This document shows positions 50,936 to 64,000 of a stretch of DNA of 64,000 nt, in pieces. The notes under the pieces are model-generated. The model did no database searches, was not told where the DNA came from, and saw only the letters and a list, made by a program, of their open reading frames with translations. The stretch covers positions 114,576,001-114,640,000 of the forward strand of contig OX597822.1 of assembly GCA_951406725.2 (NCBI GenBank), in the 5' to 3' direction. Both the position numbers and the translations under genes were made by a program. Position 1 is the stretch's first letter. Each line of letters starts with the position of its first letter. The DNA comes from Octopus vulgaris (taxonomy: Eukaryota).

Positions 50936-51939
50936 TGTACATATATAAATAAAAATAATTTGTTATCATCTTTCGGGAATTTACGGGACGGACCATGTCA
51001 CCGTATCGACTTCGCGATGACAGCTCACCCTAGACTGCCGCCTTATGCTGCCTCGTTCACAAGATGCCATGAGGAATGTAATACCACTTGAAGTTGTTTG
51101 GTCAAGCTGAAGAGAAGAAAGAGAAGGCATGTGAAATATATTAAAGGAGAGAGAGAGAGAGAGGAGAAAGGAGAGAGAAGAGGAAAGAAGAGAGAGTAAA
51201 GAAGATGCAGAAGTGAAAAAAAAGGAAAGACAAAAAAAGATATACACATACATGCATGCACACACATACACACACATGCCAGCCCAAATGCACACACACA
51301 CACACACACACACATACACCTTAACCCTAAATCCTAACCCTAACCCTAACTCTCTCACTCTCTCTCTCTCCCTCTTACTGTTTTGACTGCAGAAGCTATA
51401 AAAAATAACAAGAACTTCAAAGAATGTTTTCATGTCCAGAGATGACCCTATGAAGCACAATTCAAAATACAATACATCTAAAAATGTGTTGAGTAAGTTA
51501 TAGATGGAGGTGAGAACTAACTTTTGTAAGAAATTTATAGATTATTTACTGCCCTAACAAACAAACGGGATCTTTCTTCTTGTTTTAGATCTCAAATAAC
51601 ATTTTCTTTGGAGAAAAATTGATCGATTTCTCCAAAATCAATATCAAGAGAGGACACTGAATCACACAGCATCAATCTTAAGAACTGTTGCATCTCAAAG
51701 AATATCTCCAAAACAAAAAGAATCTGTTATGAAAAGAAATGATGAAAAAGATTTTTGTGATTCAATGAAGAGGATTCATGGATCAAATGAGAAAAAGATG
51801 TTATTTGGTTACTACTATCATGTTGTTATCGTGTCACATTGCCACTATTATGGTCTCTTTGGATATTCAATTTGTCTGGAATTGCAAGAAATTTTGAAAC
51901 AAAGGCAGATCTGAAGATTTTAGTTAATTCAAGCCTTAC

Positions 51940-52091
51940 TTATCCACAGCAGAATGTAAAGCTGTCTGGTTCTTTTTGTCGATGATGTTGAGACCAGTGC
52001 CAGATTTTGTTGATAAGGTTATTGACCTTATGCTGCCTCGTTCACAAGATGCCATGAGGAATGTAATACCATTTGAAGCTGTTTGGTTAAG
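51940..52091 (-). pseudogene. Ankyrin-repeat exon remnant; truncated duplicate at about 51040-51310
   Basis: CTTCAG acceptor and GTAAG donor; LNQTASNGITFLMASCERG...LNIIDKKNQTALHSAV. Confidence 0.65.
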
Positions 52092-53329
52092 CTGAAGAGA
52101 AGAAAGAGAAGACATGTGAAATATAATAAAGGAGAGAGAGAGAGAGAGAAGGGAGAGAGAAGAGGAAAGAAGAGAGAGCAAAGAAGATGCAGGAGTGAAA
52201 AAAAAGGAAAGTCAAAGAAAGATATACACATACATGCACACACATACACACACATGCCAGCTCAAATGCACACACACATACACACACTCAAACACATACA
52301 CACGTCATGTTGCAGGGGGTTTCGCAGCCAGAGTTTGCTCTTATTTAGTGTTACTAGATGAGTCAGGAGAGCTTGTAGACAGAGGCGTGGCTGTGTGGTA
52401 AGGAGTTTGCTTTCCAACCCCATGGAAAAGACCTCCTTTCAGTCATGAATGACCATGGGATTGCACCTTACAATGTTAGCCTCCAAGCCACAAGTCTGTG
52501 TAAGGTTGTTGGCAGTTGCCCATGCATACCAGCCTCCCCGTCTCTCCATGCCATCAATGTCATCGAATGGAAAGGCAGATACAGCTTGGCAACAGTGACA
52601 TTGCAACTCATTTCGACAACCGAGTGAACTGGAGCAACACGAAATAGAATGTGTTGCTGAAGAATACAACACACAGCCCAGACTGGGAATCAAACTCACT
52701 CTCTCATGATTGTGAGCCTAATGCCCCTAACCATTGAGCCATGCCCCTTCATATACATATACCCACACATACACACACGTATATGTACTTTTTTCTCCAT
52801 GGGGAGGCAATACGAGCAACAACCATAGGAACATCACAAAATTCAAAGATAGACCAAACACATACAAATCTTATATACTAATTTATATCTATACAGTCCG
52901 TGTAATATATAAGTATCATATACAAATAAAAATATAGAAATAAATATAAATTTTGCATATAACACGCTTAAAACCGTTAGAAAAAGAGAAATAAATATAA
53001 TGATAATAAAATAAAAATATGGCATATCAAAAGACGAGTAAAATTCCGGCGAATAGTACATAGAATATAATACATATAGAAGCTTACAAAAATATGGGCC
53101 GTTTCGGGGACATGCCAATTAATATTAGACATATCAGTACTTAAATAGTACTTGAAATAGTACTTAAAATTGTATGTATGTATAGTTTCAGTGGTTCAAG
53201 TGCTACCACTGGTCTAAGGGCAGCAAAGCTACAACTTCAAATTCTCACAAACATTTAACTTAGACATTGCACCTAATTAGATTACTATATCCATATTTTT
53301 ATATATATACTGATATGTACGTATAGGTT

Positions 53330-53765
53330 ACATCTCCAATCTGGTATGCTCCTTTTGTCCAGAATACCGATCTACCGGAAGCTGTCCACAGATGTGCAAC
53401 CACAAAAATAGCCTCTCTCTATCACTTATTATTCCTTAACAATATATTGCTTCTCCATGCATTGACGCACACACACACCACATGTTTTTATTTCTAGCAA
53501 CTCACTTGATAGAATCCCACAAGATTATCCCTCATCTTTCAATAACAACTTTGACCACTTCTGCAATTTAATATCTTTTACCACTCTCAGACATGCTTAT
53601 AAAGTGAAAAAAAAAAAAAAACACCCATCCCAGTTTCCATGATATCAGAAACATTTTTATGCTCAGAATTGTCAAGGCATGGAATAAACTATCTACATTG
53701 GTTGTTAGCTGTATCCTTCAAAAACACCACACTTTCTGTAATTCAGAAAAACTACATCCGAGGTT
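53330..53765 (+). mobile_element. Old CR1-group 3' fragment
   Basis: Degenerate EAV.R.AT and RIVKAWNKL motifs resembling 19725-20170. Confidence 0.55.
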
Positions 53766-56589
53766 CCTATGCACCCTTTCCTTTTTATGGTTCTTTTACA
53801 GCCCTCTTTTATGTCTTTATGAGTTTTATTCTGTGTTATACTATGACATGCGCTTTAGGTGACCATTGGTGTCTTTCTTTACATGATTTGTGCTTCCTGT
53901 CCTTTCATAGAAGTGGACAGAGCAATATCGAGGGAAACCAGTACAAATACCGTTTCATGGCAGATGGAAGAGTCTTTCTTATGAAACATGAAATGTCTGT
54001 CTTTAGTTACAACCTCACTTTTGTCTGAGTGAAGACCAAAAAAAAAAATCAGTTGAGATAATCTTTCAGTTTATTACTTGTATCTGTGTTATCAATTATG
54101 AATTGAAGAAAACACTGACAAGATTTCAAACTTGAATCTGATAGGAGACACACAGTTAAATAAGAGAAACCATCTACACTAACCAACTGCAGAGATTAGA
54201 CCATAAGATGGTGTATAAAGTAATTGGACAGGTGAAGAGCTATAAAGGGTGAAAACCCTCAGAAATAATTGTGTAGATTCTAAATATGTCAGACAGGGAT
54301 TTTAGTTTTCTATATTCCCTAGAAAAGCTCATGAAATTCTACACTGATGTCTGGCGTAGTAGCACTTTCATTTGATGCTATAATGATGAAGGAGGAGATT
54401 TAAATGATGGTGAGAGAAGAACAGGATGTTTGAAATGAAGCATGGATCTTCAGTTGTGTCATATGTCTGGTGAAACAACATGAGATCAGCTTATTCTATT
54501 CTATTGGCTGCGAAAAGGCTTAGAAAGACTGTTCAGTTCATGCATAAGTTCAAGGAAACATTGAAAATCCATTGACGTTAATCACTGAATCTATTACAAA
54601 TTGTAATTATTTGTGATTAGATATCTGCGACAACTTTAGAACGACACCAACCACAGCTAAATATGTGCAACTATGGAAAAGGAGGAGACACAAATGAAAA
54701 GAAACAATGGAGAAAATAAGAAATATTCTGAAAGTAGGGATCAGAATTTTGAGCCTAAATGAGGCAGCAGCAGCAGCAGCAGTATCAGGGCTTCTTACAT
54801 TAGTTTGTAAGCATTACAATATGTAAGAAGGTGTGAGTAGTTCATACACAACTGTATTATTACACCTGTACAAACAACATACTATCGACTTCACCTTGAG
54901 GAAAACACCTACCCTCACTAAACTGGCAGACATTCACCCACCACTGAAATACATGTATGATGGTCAGCAAGAAATGAAAGGATGTTTTTTCTGAATTTCA
55001 CCATTTCTCAGCTGTCTTCCCTCCAAAATTAAAAAGCCACATTATCTGGTCTCTTACCAAGAGTATCTCTAGAATCATTCCACCCACCACTTCCTAACCA
55101 TGATACTTCTATACCAGTGCTTCTTAAACTTTTCAAATATGGCCCCTTTTTATTTACTAAGAGTTTTTCAATGCCCCCTTTTCTTGCTATCATTCAATAT
55201 CCCTGGTTTTTAATGTTCTCTCACAGGGGTCAGATTAATTTACCTTTCGGTCCTAGTCTTGACATGGGTGACTACCACCCCACAATAAGTGAACGTTTGA
55301 TGCATCACCGCTTCACTTTAGTTTCTGATCCAAACTCAACTACACATTGACTTTCATATATTTGTACCACCACAGCTGCCTTGGCTCCCTGGTCCTTATA
55401 AAATTTTCCACAATCCCTACCCAAGGCTAGTACTACTCTCTTAGAGAAGCCCTGTTTTATAATTCTTGCTGATAGTGTCCTATCTGCTGATTCTAACTTC
55501 CAATATTTCAATTACGAAGTAAAAACGTCATAAACAACCATCATCTTTGTCCCTTTGGTTATCTTTCTCTATTCAATGAGCCCCAGTACAGTTCCATAAA
55601 GCTGGTTCAAGCAGGGGTCTCATTCCTACGTGACTCCCCAGTGTTTTGGTTATGTTTGACAACTTCTGCAAAAGAAATACTGTAGCCCTTGACGTCGGTA
55701 AAACCTTTTAACTGTGTATGGCAAGAGAATTTCTTGACAAAGTCACCAATTTATCTATCGGATCCATCTGTCCCCCATCTCTTGGACTGACAAATTTCCT
55801 GCCAGAATACTCCACTGCACAGTGTGTGAGGATGGCTTTCTCTCTCTCACTCACATTCCATCAATTCTGGCATGCCTCATTGTCTGGTTGAATATTTATA
55901 AAATAAATGATGAGGATTAGAGGAAAGAGGTGAAGAAAGAAATGAAATATTATGGACAAATATATCTGGTTATTTAATATTATGTATCAAATAATAAACA
56001 AACATTCAACATTGAAGAAGCAATATCATTGTCAAGATTCTTAACTTTGGTTTACTCGATCAGCTGCCGTAAATGAGCAGATCTATGATCTAAAAGGTAA
56101 TACGACTGTGATAATCACAACTATTATCTATGTACAAGGGTTAGGTAAACTTACTTTTTTGGGCTGTGTTTTCATAAGTCGTTTCACATCTTCAAAGTCC
56201 CCATTCCGAATGTTGCTTATAATCTTATTTACATCCATGTCTTTTGAATAAAAAGGAAAGTAAGATAGTTTTTAAAAACTTATAAAATGAGGTAAAGAAC
56301 AATTTAAAGAAGACTGTGTTTCTCAAATCTCCCATGAAATGACATAAATATTAAAAACTTCAGCTTATCTCAACAATTATTTAGAGCTGAATGTTCTTCT
56401 TGACACTAATAAACCTAACAACTGTCATTGTATTACATCTTTTGGTTTGCTACATTGATCTGCTCACCACAGTCTCACTGTCACACACACACACACACAA
56501 ACACAAGTGTGTGTGTGTGTTTACATTTGTTGTCTCTGACAATTTCTTAGCTTTCGGTGATTAGATTGTTATCATTTCTCCCGTTGACG

Positions 56590-57045
56590 AATAGACCATT
56601 GGAATAAGAGATCTCCTACTTGAGCAACAGGTAAGGGTTAAGGACATGAAGGGGATCCAGAAATAATCAAATACATATTCATCTAACCCATGCTAGCATG
56701 GAAAACAGACGTAAAAATGGCTACCATACATGCATATGCAAACATATGTACATCTATGTATATGTATACACGTGTGTGTGTGTGTGGCCTAGTGGTTAGG
56801 GTGTTGCACTCACAGTGGCTAGATTGTGGGTTCAATTCCCATACTGAGCAGTACTTTGTATTCTTGAGCAAAACACCTCATTTTACTTTGCTGCAGTCCA
56901 CTCAGCTGTAAATGGATCACCCTCCAAGAGACTTGTCTTATGATTAGGTGGGGGGAACACTCACTGGCCTGCTTGAAAGATGAAATGATGCAAAGCACAT
57001 TGTGACCAGCGATGTGTAACAGCATTTGATAGTCTGGTCAACACA
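56590..57045 (+). mobile_element. RTE-like tail followed by a tRNA-derived SINE
   Basis: AACCCATGCTAGCATGGAAA tail; TGGCCTAGTGG and GGTTCAATTCCC boxes. Confidence 0.65.
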
Positions 57046-58542
57046 CACGACTATATACCTGCATACCCGCACGTCTATATACGCACACACAAATGCACGC
57101 ACAATAAACGGTTCATACACACGTCTATATACGCACAAGAAAAAACAGGGCTAAAGGCAAAATACAGGAAAATGTGTCAAAAAAATATGTAAAGAGGCAA
57201 TGAGTAAAACACGTCTATATACGCACACACAAACACGACTATATACACCCGTATCTGCACACATCCACATGCGCGTGCACAAAAGATTCCATATACACGT
57301 CTATATATGCACAGGGAAATTGCAGGGTGGAATGTAGAATAGAGAAAAAATATATGAGCAATAAACCTACCATTTCAGGCTGACTTAACAGAGACTCTAC
57401 TCTGTGTTACCTCCATCTCTGTTACTGCCAGAAAGTTCCCTTGTAAGTTTCATAACGGAAAACAAAGACATTATTTTCCTAATTGGATCATGCACATTTA
57501 CGATAATTAATATCGTATCATTAATTTATAGAGACAGACAGAGTTTAAGATGAAAGGATGTTCATTGAAGCGTTAAATGGCCCCAAATGAAATTAAAATG
57601 CCTTACCTCAGTTTAGTTTGAAACCGTAGCAACGTATCCGGGGACCCAATTAATTTCAAATTTTCTGTTTGATGGCAAGTAAGCGGAGATAACTCTCGAA
57701 ATATATATATATATACCCTTCAGGCCTTCAAGCAGGCTATCCATATGCTAGAAATAGCAGCCAAAGCTAACAAAACTATGATAAAATTGGTTGTAATTTT
57801 TATTCTTGTCTTCGGTGTGTCTAATTTTTTTTTAAATTAAAAAAAAAACCATGCTGTATTAAAATAACAAATCAAATAAAATAAGAATGATTTAAACAAA
57901 CTCAGAATAATTTCTTTGTCCAACTACAGACATAGAATCTAGTTGTGCGAAATGGACAGAGATTTGAAAGTCAAATGTGTGTGGTATAAATGAGCAAATT
58001 CGCACGCATTAACATTTGTCATTGAGTCCACACACAAGCCTTATGCTATGTCTCCTCACTTAGCCATTCCTAAATATAGTGGTCACTTTCCACAAAAAGG
58101 GGTTGATCTCTTGCCATTTTCACAAAGGCTCACCCAACTTTGACTCGTGATCTTGTTTCTTCTTAATCTCCAACATAAACCCTGTACTAACCACTTCAAC
58201 AAATCCTTCTCTCTACAATATCCTCTCTGCTCATGGTTACTCAACCGTTGTCAACTCAACTTGCAGTTAAGTTGACATTCGATGGCAATGTTATCGCAAC
58301 CGTCGGAGAGAGCGCGAAAGCTATGCACTCATAACCATCTCCGTTCGAAACAGTTAAAAATAAAAATAAAACCGAAACAGCAATATTGCAGAAAGACTTA
58401 GGTTTCAACAGATTTGTATAAATGTTTACAAACTTACAGCAAAAAAATGCTTCTCTTTGCAAACATTAATTTATAAAACTCATTTACAAGAATGATAAAA
58501 AGTCAATTCTGTCACCAAATGAAAACAAAACACACAAAAAAC

Positions 58543-61500
58543 CCCTAACCCTAACACTAAATCTAAACCCCAATTCCTAAGCCTAACACTAACTTTAACC
58601 GAACCCTAACCCTATCCCTAAACCCTAAACTCTAACAGTAACATTAACCTTAACACTAACCCAACCCAAACCCTAACCCTAAAACCGAAACACTAAAGCT
58701 AACCCTAAAGCTAACCCTAACCCTAAACATAACCCTAACCCTAACCCTAACCCTAAGACTAAACCTAACCCAAAACCTAACCCTACACTAACCCTAAGCC
58801 AAAGCCTAAACATAAACCTTAAAACTAACCCTAAAACTAACACTAACCCTAAAACTAACCCAAAACCTAACCCTAACCCTAAAACAGACCCTAAACCTAA
58901 CCCAAAACCTAACCCTAACACTAAACCTAAGCCTAAACATAACCCTAAACCTAACCTAAACTCTAAACCTAACCCTAAAACTAACCTTAACACTAAACCT
59001 ACCCTAAAACTAACCCTAACCCTAACCCTAACCCTAACCCTAACCCTAAAACCTAAACACTAAAGCTAACCCTAAAGCTAACCCTAACCCTAAACATAAC
59101 CCTAACCCTAACCCTAACCCTAAGACTAAACCTAACCCAAAACCTAACCCTACACTAACCCTAAGCCAAACCCTAAACCTAAACCTTAAAACTAACCCTA
59201 AAACTAACACTAACCCTAAAACTAACCCAAAACCTAACCCTAACCCTAAAACAGACCCTAAACATAACCCTAAACCTAACCTAAACTCTAAACCTAACCC
59301 TAAAACTAACCTTAACACTAAACCTACCCTAAAACTAACCCTAACCCTAAACCTAACCAAAACCCGAAATCTAACCCTAAACCTAACCCTAACTCGAAAC
59401 CTAACCCTAACCCTAACCCTAACCTTAGCCCTAACACTAAACCTAACACTAACCATAACACTAAACCTAACCCTAAACCTAAACCTAACCCTAACCCTAA
59501 ATTAACCCTAACCCTAAACCTAACCTTAAAACTAACGCGAACCCTAAACCTAATCCTAAATCTAAACGTAACTTAAATCTACACTAAAACTAACCCTAAC
59601 GCTAAACCTAACCCAAAACCTAACCCTAGACCTAACCCTAACCCAAAACTTAAACCTAAACCTAAGACAAACCCTAACACTAACCCTAAAACTAACCCTA
59701 ACCCTACACCTAAGCCTAAACCTAACCCTAACGTTAAACATAACCCTAAAACTAACCCTAACCCTAAACCTACCCGAAAACTAACCCTAACCCTAAACCT
59801 AACACTAAATCTAACCCTAACCCTAGCCAAAACCCTAAACCTAACCCTAAACCTAACTTTAACCCCAACCCTAACCGAAACATAGGCCTAACCCTAAAAC
59901 TAAACCTAAACCTAACCCTAACCCTCAACCGAACCCTAAAGCTAACCCTAAACGTACCCTAACTCTAAACCTAGCAGTAACCCTAACCCTAATCCTAACC
60001 CTGACACTAACCCTAACACTAACCCTAACCCAATCCTTGAACCTAACCCTAAACCTAACCCTAACACTAACCCAAATACGAAAACTAACCCTAAACCTAA
60101 CCCTAACCCTAAAAATTACCCTAAAACTAACCCTAACCCTAAACCTACACATAACCCAAAAACTAAACCAAACCCTAAACCTAACCCTAAACGTAACCCT
60201 AAGCCTATCCCTAAAACTAACCGTAACCTAAACCTACATTAAAACTAACCCAAACGCTAAACCTAACACTAACCTATACCCGAGCCTAAACCTAACCCTA
60301 AGCCAAACCCTAACACTAGCCCTAAACCTAACCCAAAAACTAACCCTAAACGTACCCTAAACCTAACCCTAACAATAAACCTCACCCTACCCTAACCCTA
60401 AACCTAAACCTAATGCTAACCCTAACCCAAACCCTAAACCTTAAATCGAACCCTAAAACTAACCCTAACCCTAAACCTAAAACTAAATCTAAACCTAAAC
60501 CTAACCTTAAAACTAACCCTAAACCTGACCCAAACCCTAACCCTAAGCCTAAACCTAAGCCTAAACCTAACCCTAAATCTAATCCAAACCCTAAACCTAA
60601 CCCTTAAAGTAACCCTAATCCTAAACCTACCCTACAACTGCCCATAACCCTAAAACCTGACCCTAAATCTAACCCTAACCGTAACCCTAAACAAAACCCT
60701 AAATCTAACCCTAAACCTAACCCTAACTCTAAAACTAACACTAACCCAAGGACTAAACATAAAACTAAGACTAAACCTAACCCTAACACTAACCCTAACC
60801 ATAACCCTAAACCTAACCCTAAATTTAACCCGAACCCTAAACCTAACATAAACTAAACCTAACCCTAAAACTAACCCTAACCTAAACCTACCCTAAAAGT
60901 AACACTTGCGCTAAACCTAACTCTATACCTAACCTTAGAACTTACCCTAACCCAAAGCAAAAACGTAACCCTACAACTAACACTAAACCAAACCCTAAAC
61001 GTAACCCTCACCCTAAACGTAACCCCAAAACTAACTCGAACACTAAACCTTTCCTAAAACTAACCCTAACCCTAAACGTAACCCTAAATCTAACACTAAC
61101 CCTAGCCAAAACCCTAAATCTAACCCTAAACCTAACTTTAACCCTAAGCCTAACACTAAACCTAAGCCTAACCCTAAAACTAAACCTAAACCTAACCCTA
61201 ACCCTAAACCTAACACAAACACTAACACTAAACCTAACCTTAATCCAAAACTGAAACCTAACCCTAAACCTAACCCTAACCCTAACCCTAAACCTAACCC
61301 TAACCCAAAACCTAACACAAACACTAACACTAAACCTAACCTTAACCCAAAACTGAAACCTAACCCTAAACCTAACCCTAACCCTAACCCTAACCCTAAA
61401 CCTAACCCTAACCCTAAACCTAACACAAACAATAACACTAAACCTAACCTTAACCCAAAACTGAAACCCAAAACTGAAACCTAACCCTAACACTAACCCT

Positions 61501-63420
61501 AACCCAAAAACTAACCCTAACCCTAAATCTAAACCTAAGCCTAAACCTAAGCCTAAACCTAACCCTAAAACTAACCCTAACCCTAACCCTAACACTAAAT
61601 CTACATTACAACAAACCCTAACCCTAAACCTAACCCTAAATCTAACCCTAACCCTAGAAAAAACCCTAAACCTAACTTTAACCCTAATCCTAACCCTAAA
61701 CCTAAGCCTAACCCTAAAACTAACACTAAACTTAACCTTAACCCTAATCCTAACACTAAAATTAACACTAAACCTACCCTAAAGATAACCCTAAGCCGAA
61801 ACATAACCCTGACATTAACCCTAACGCTAAATCTAAACCTAAACCTAACCCTAACCCTAAACCTAACCCCAAACCTAACCTTAAACCTAACCCTAAAACT
61901 AACCCTCAAACTACCACAAACCTAACCCTAAATGCAACCCTGACCCTAACCCTAACCCAACCCTAACCCAAACCCTAAACCTAACCATAAACCTAACCCG
62001 AACCCTAAACCTAACCCTAACCCTAACCCTAAACATAAGCCAAACACTAAACCTAACCCTAAAACTAAACCAAACCCTAAATATAACCCTAAACCGAAAC
62101 CTAACCCTACCCCTAACACTAAACCTAACCTTGACCTAAACCTTAAACCTAACACTAAACCTAACCCTAACACTAACCCTTACAATAAAAATAACCCTGA
62201 ACCTAACACAAACCCTACAACTAAACCTAAACCTAACGCTAACCCTGAACCGAAAACTAACCCAACCCTTAAAACTAACCCTAAAACTAACCCGAACCCA
62301 ACCCTTAAAACTAACCCTAAAACTAACCCTAACCCTACCCATAACCCTAACTCTAAACCTAACACTAAACCTAACCCTAACCATAAACATAACCCTAAAA
62401 CTAACTCTGATCATAAACCCACTCTAAAACTGACAATAACCATAAACCTAAAGCTAAACCTAACCCTAACCCAAACTGTAAACCTAACCCTAATCATAAC
62501 ACAAAAACCTATCCCTAACACTAACCCTAAACCTAACCCTAAAACTAACCCTAAACCTAAACCTAACACTAACCCTAAACCTAACCCTAATCCAAAACAT
62601 TAAACCTATCCTAAAACTAACCCTAACACCAACCCTAACCTAAAAGCAACCCTAAACATAACCCTAACCCTAAAACTGACCCTAAACCTAGCACTAACCC
62701 TAAACCTAACCCTAGCCCCAACCCTAAACCTGACCCAAACCAAAACCTTAAACCTAACCCTAACCCCTAACCCTAACCCTAACCCTAACCCTAACCCCTA
62801 ACCCTAACCCTAATCCCTAACCCTAACCCTAACCTTAACAGTAACACTAAACCTAACCCTTAACCCTAACCCAAACCCTAACCCTAATCCAAACCCTAAC
62901 CCTAAACCTTAACCCTAAACCCTAACACAAACTCAAACCCTAAACAAACCCTAAACCTAACCCCAACCCTAACCCTAACCCTAACCCTAAACCCTTACCC
63001 TAACTGATAACCCTTAACCCCTAACTCCAATCCTAAACTCTAACCATAACCCCAACTCTAACCCAAACTTTAACCCCAACCTAACCCCAACCCCAACCCT
63101 AACTCCTAACCCTAACCCCAACCCTAGCCATAACCTTAGCTCTAACCCTAGCCCTAACCCAAACCACTAACCCCTTAACCCTAACGGTAATCCCTAAACC
63201 CTAACCATAACCCAAACCCTCTAACCCTAAACCCGATACTCTAACCCTAAATCTCTAATGCTAATCATCACCCTAAACCCGTAACCCTACTCCTAGCCCT
63301 AAACCCTAACCCTAACACCTAGCCCCTAACCTAACCCTAAACCTAACCCTATGCCTAAGCCTAACCCTAACAGTAAACCTAACTCTAAACCGATCCTCAA
63401 CCCTAACACTAACCCTAACA
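58543..63420. repeat. Degenerate interstitial telomere-like repeat (TAACCC/TAAACC/TAAAAC/TAACAC)n
   Basis: About 4.9 kb with a 6-mer period; TTAGGG-like on the minus strand. Confidence 0.95.
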
Positions 63421-64000
63421 CTGCCGAAAGAGATCAAAGAGGAAATCTAAGAGGGTCGCGAAAAAGATCAAACAAACTGCCGAAACAGATGAAAGTGGGT
63501 GCCGAAAGAGATTGAAGAACGTTCCGAAAGAGATCAAAGAGGGTGCCGAAAGAGATCAAAGAGGAGACCCGAAAGAGATCAACGAGGGTGCCGAAAGAGA
63601 TCAAAGGGGGTGCCGAAAGAGATCAAAGAGGGTGCCGAAAGACATCACAGGTGAGTCCTGAAAGAGATAAAAGAGTGTGCCGAAAGAGATCAAAGAGGGT
63701 GCCGAAAGACATCAAAGGGGAGTCCCGAAAGTGATCAACGAGGGTGCCGAAAGTGATCAAAGAGGAGTCCCGAAAGAGTTCAAAGTGGGTGCCGAAAGAG
63801 ATCAAAGAGGGTGCCGAAAGACATCAAAGAGAGTGCCGAAAGAGAGCAAAGAGGAGTCACGAAAGAGTTCAAAGTGGAGTCCCGAAAGAGATCAAAGAGG
63901 GTGCCGAAACAGATCAAAGAGGAGTCCCGAAAGAGATCAAAGTGGGTGCCGAAAGAGATCAAAGAGGGTGCCGAAAGAGATCAAAGAGGGTGCCGAAAGA
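63421..64000. repeat. 22-bp satellite (GCCGAAAGAGATCAAAGAGGGT) with 23-bp variants, running off the window
   Basis: Period seen directly, e.g. 63970 to 63992. Confidence 0.95.

Noticed and set aside
53085-53230. Further hammerhead on the minus strand (GAAACGGCC and CAGTGGT/ACCACTG stems)
   Set aside because: No recognisable CUGANGA core or cleavage triplet.
58679-62414. Gly-Leu and Arg-Val repeat ORFs
   Set aside because: Artefacts of the telomere-like hexamer repeat.

Overview
AT-rich, microsatellite-dense animal genomic DNA. The SINE, RTE, R4/Dong and Penelope content suggests an octopod cephalopod, which is an inference. One long spliced gene on the + strand can be rebuilt from splice sites and phases (ATG 17203 to TAG 50360, 22 coding exons, about 860 aa). 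It encodes a signal peptide, a Ser/Thr spacer, a very cationic Trp/Cys-rich EMI-like domain (CCxGW) and 19 calcium-binding EGF modules, each on its own exon. Sixteen of the EGF exons are near-identical; fifteen of them form a tandem exon+intron array with a period of about 0.45-0.65 kb. The array is bracketed by (TAA)n-targeting R4/Dong retrotransposons that record how it expanded. Independently, the window holds about a dozen minimal type-I hammerhead-ribozyme-like motifs of the Penelope kind, several as mirror pairs inside fold-back elements next to (TA)n tracts, plus a decayed Penelope RT. The rest is SINEs, RTE/CR1/Tx1/mariner debris and ankyrin exon remnants. The window ends in about 4.9 kb of degenerate interstitial (TAACCC)n followed by a 22-bp satellite.
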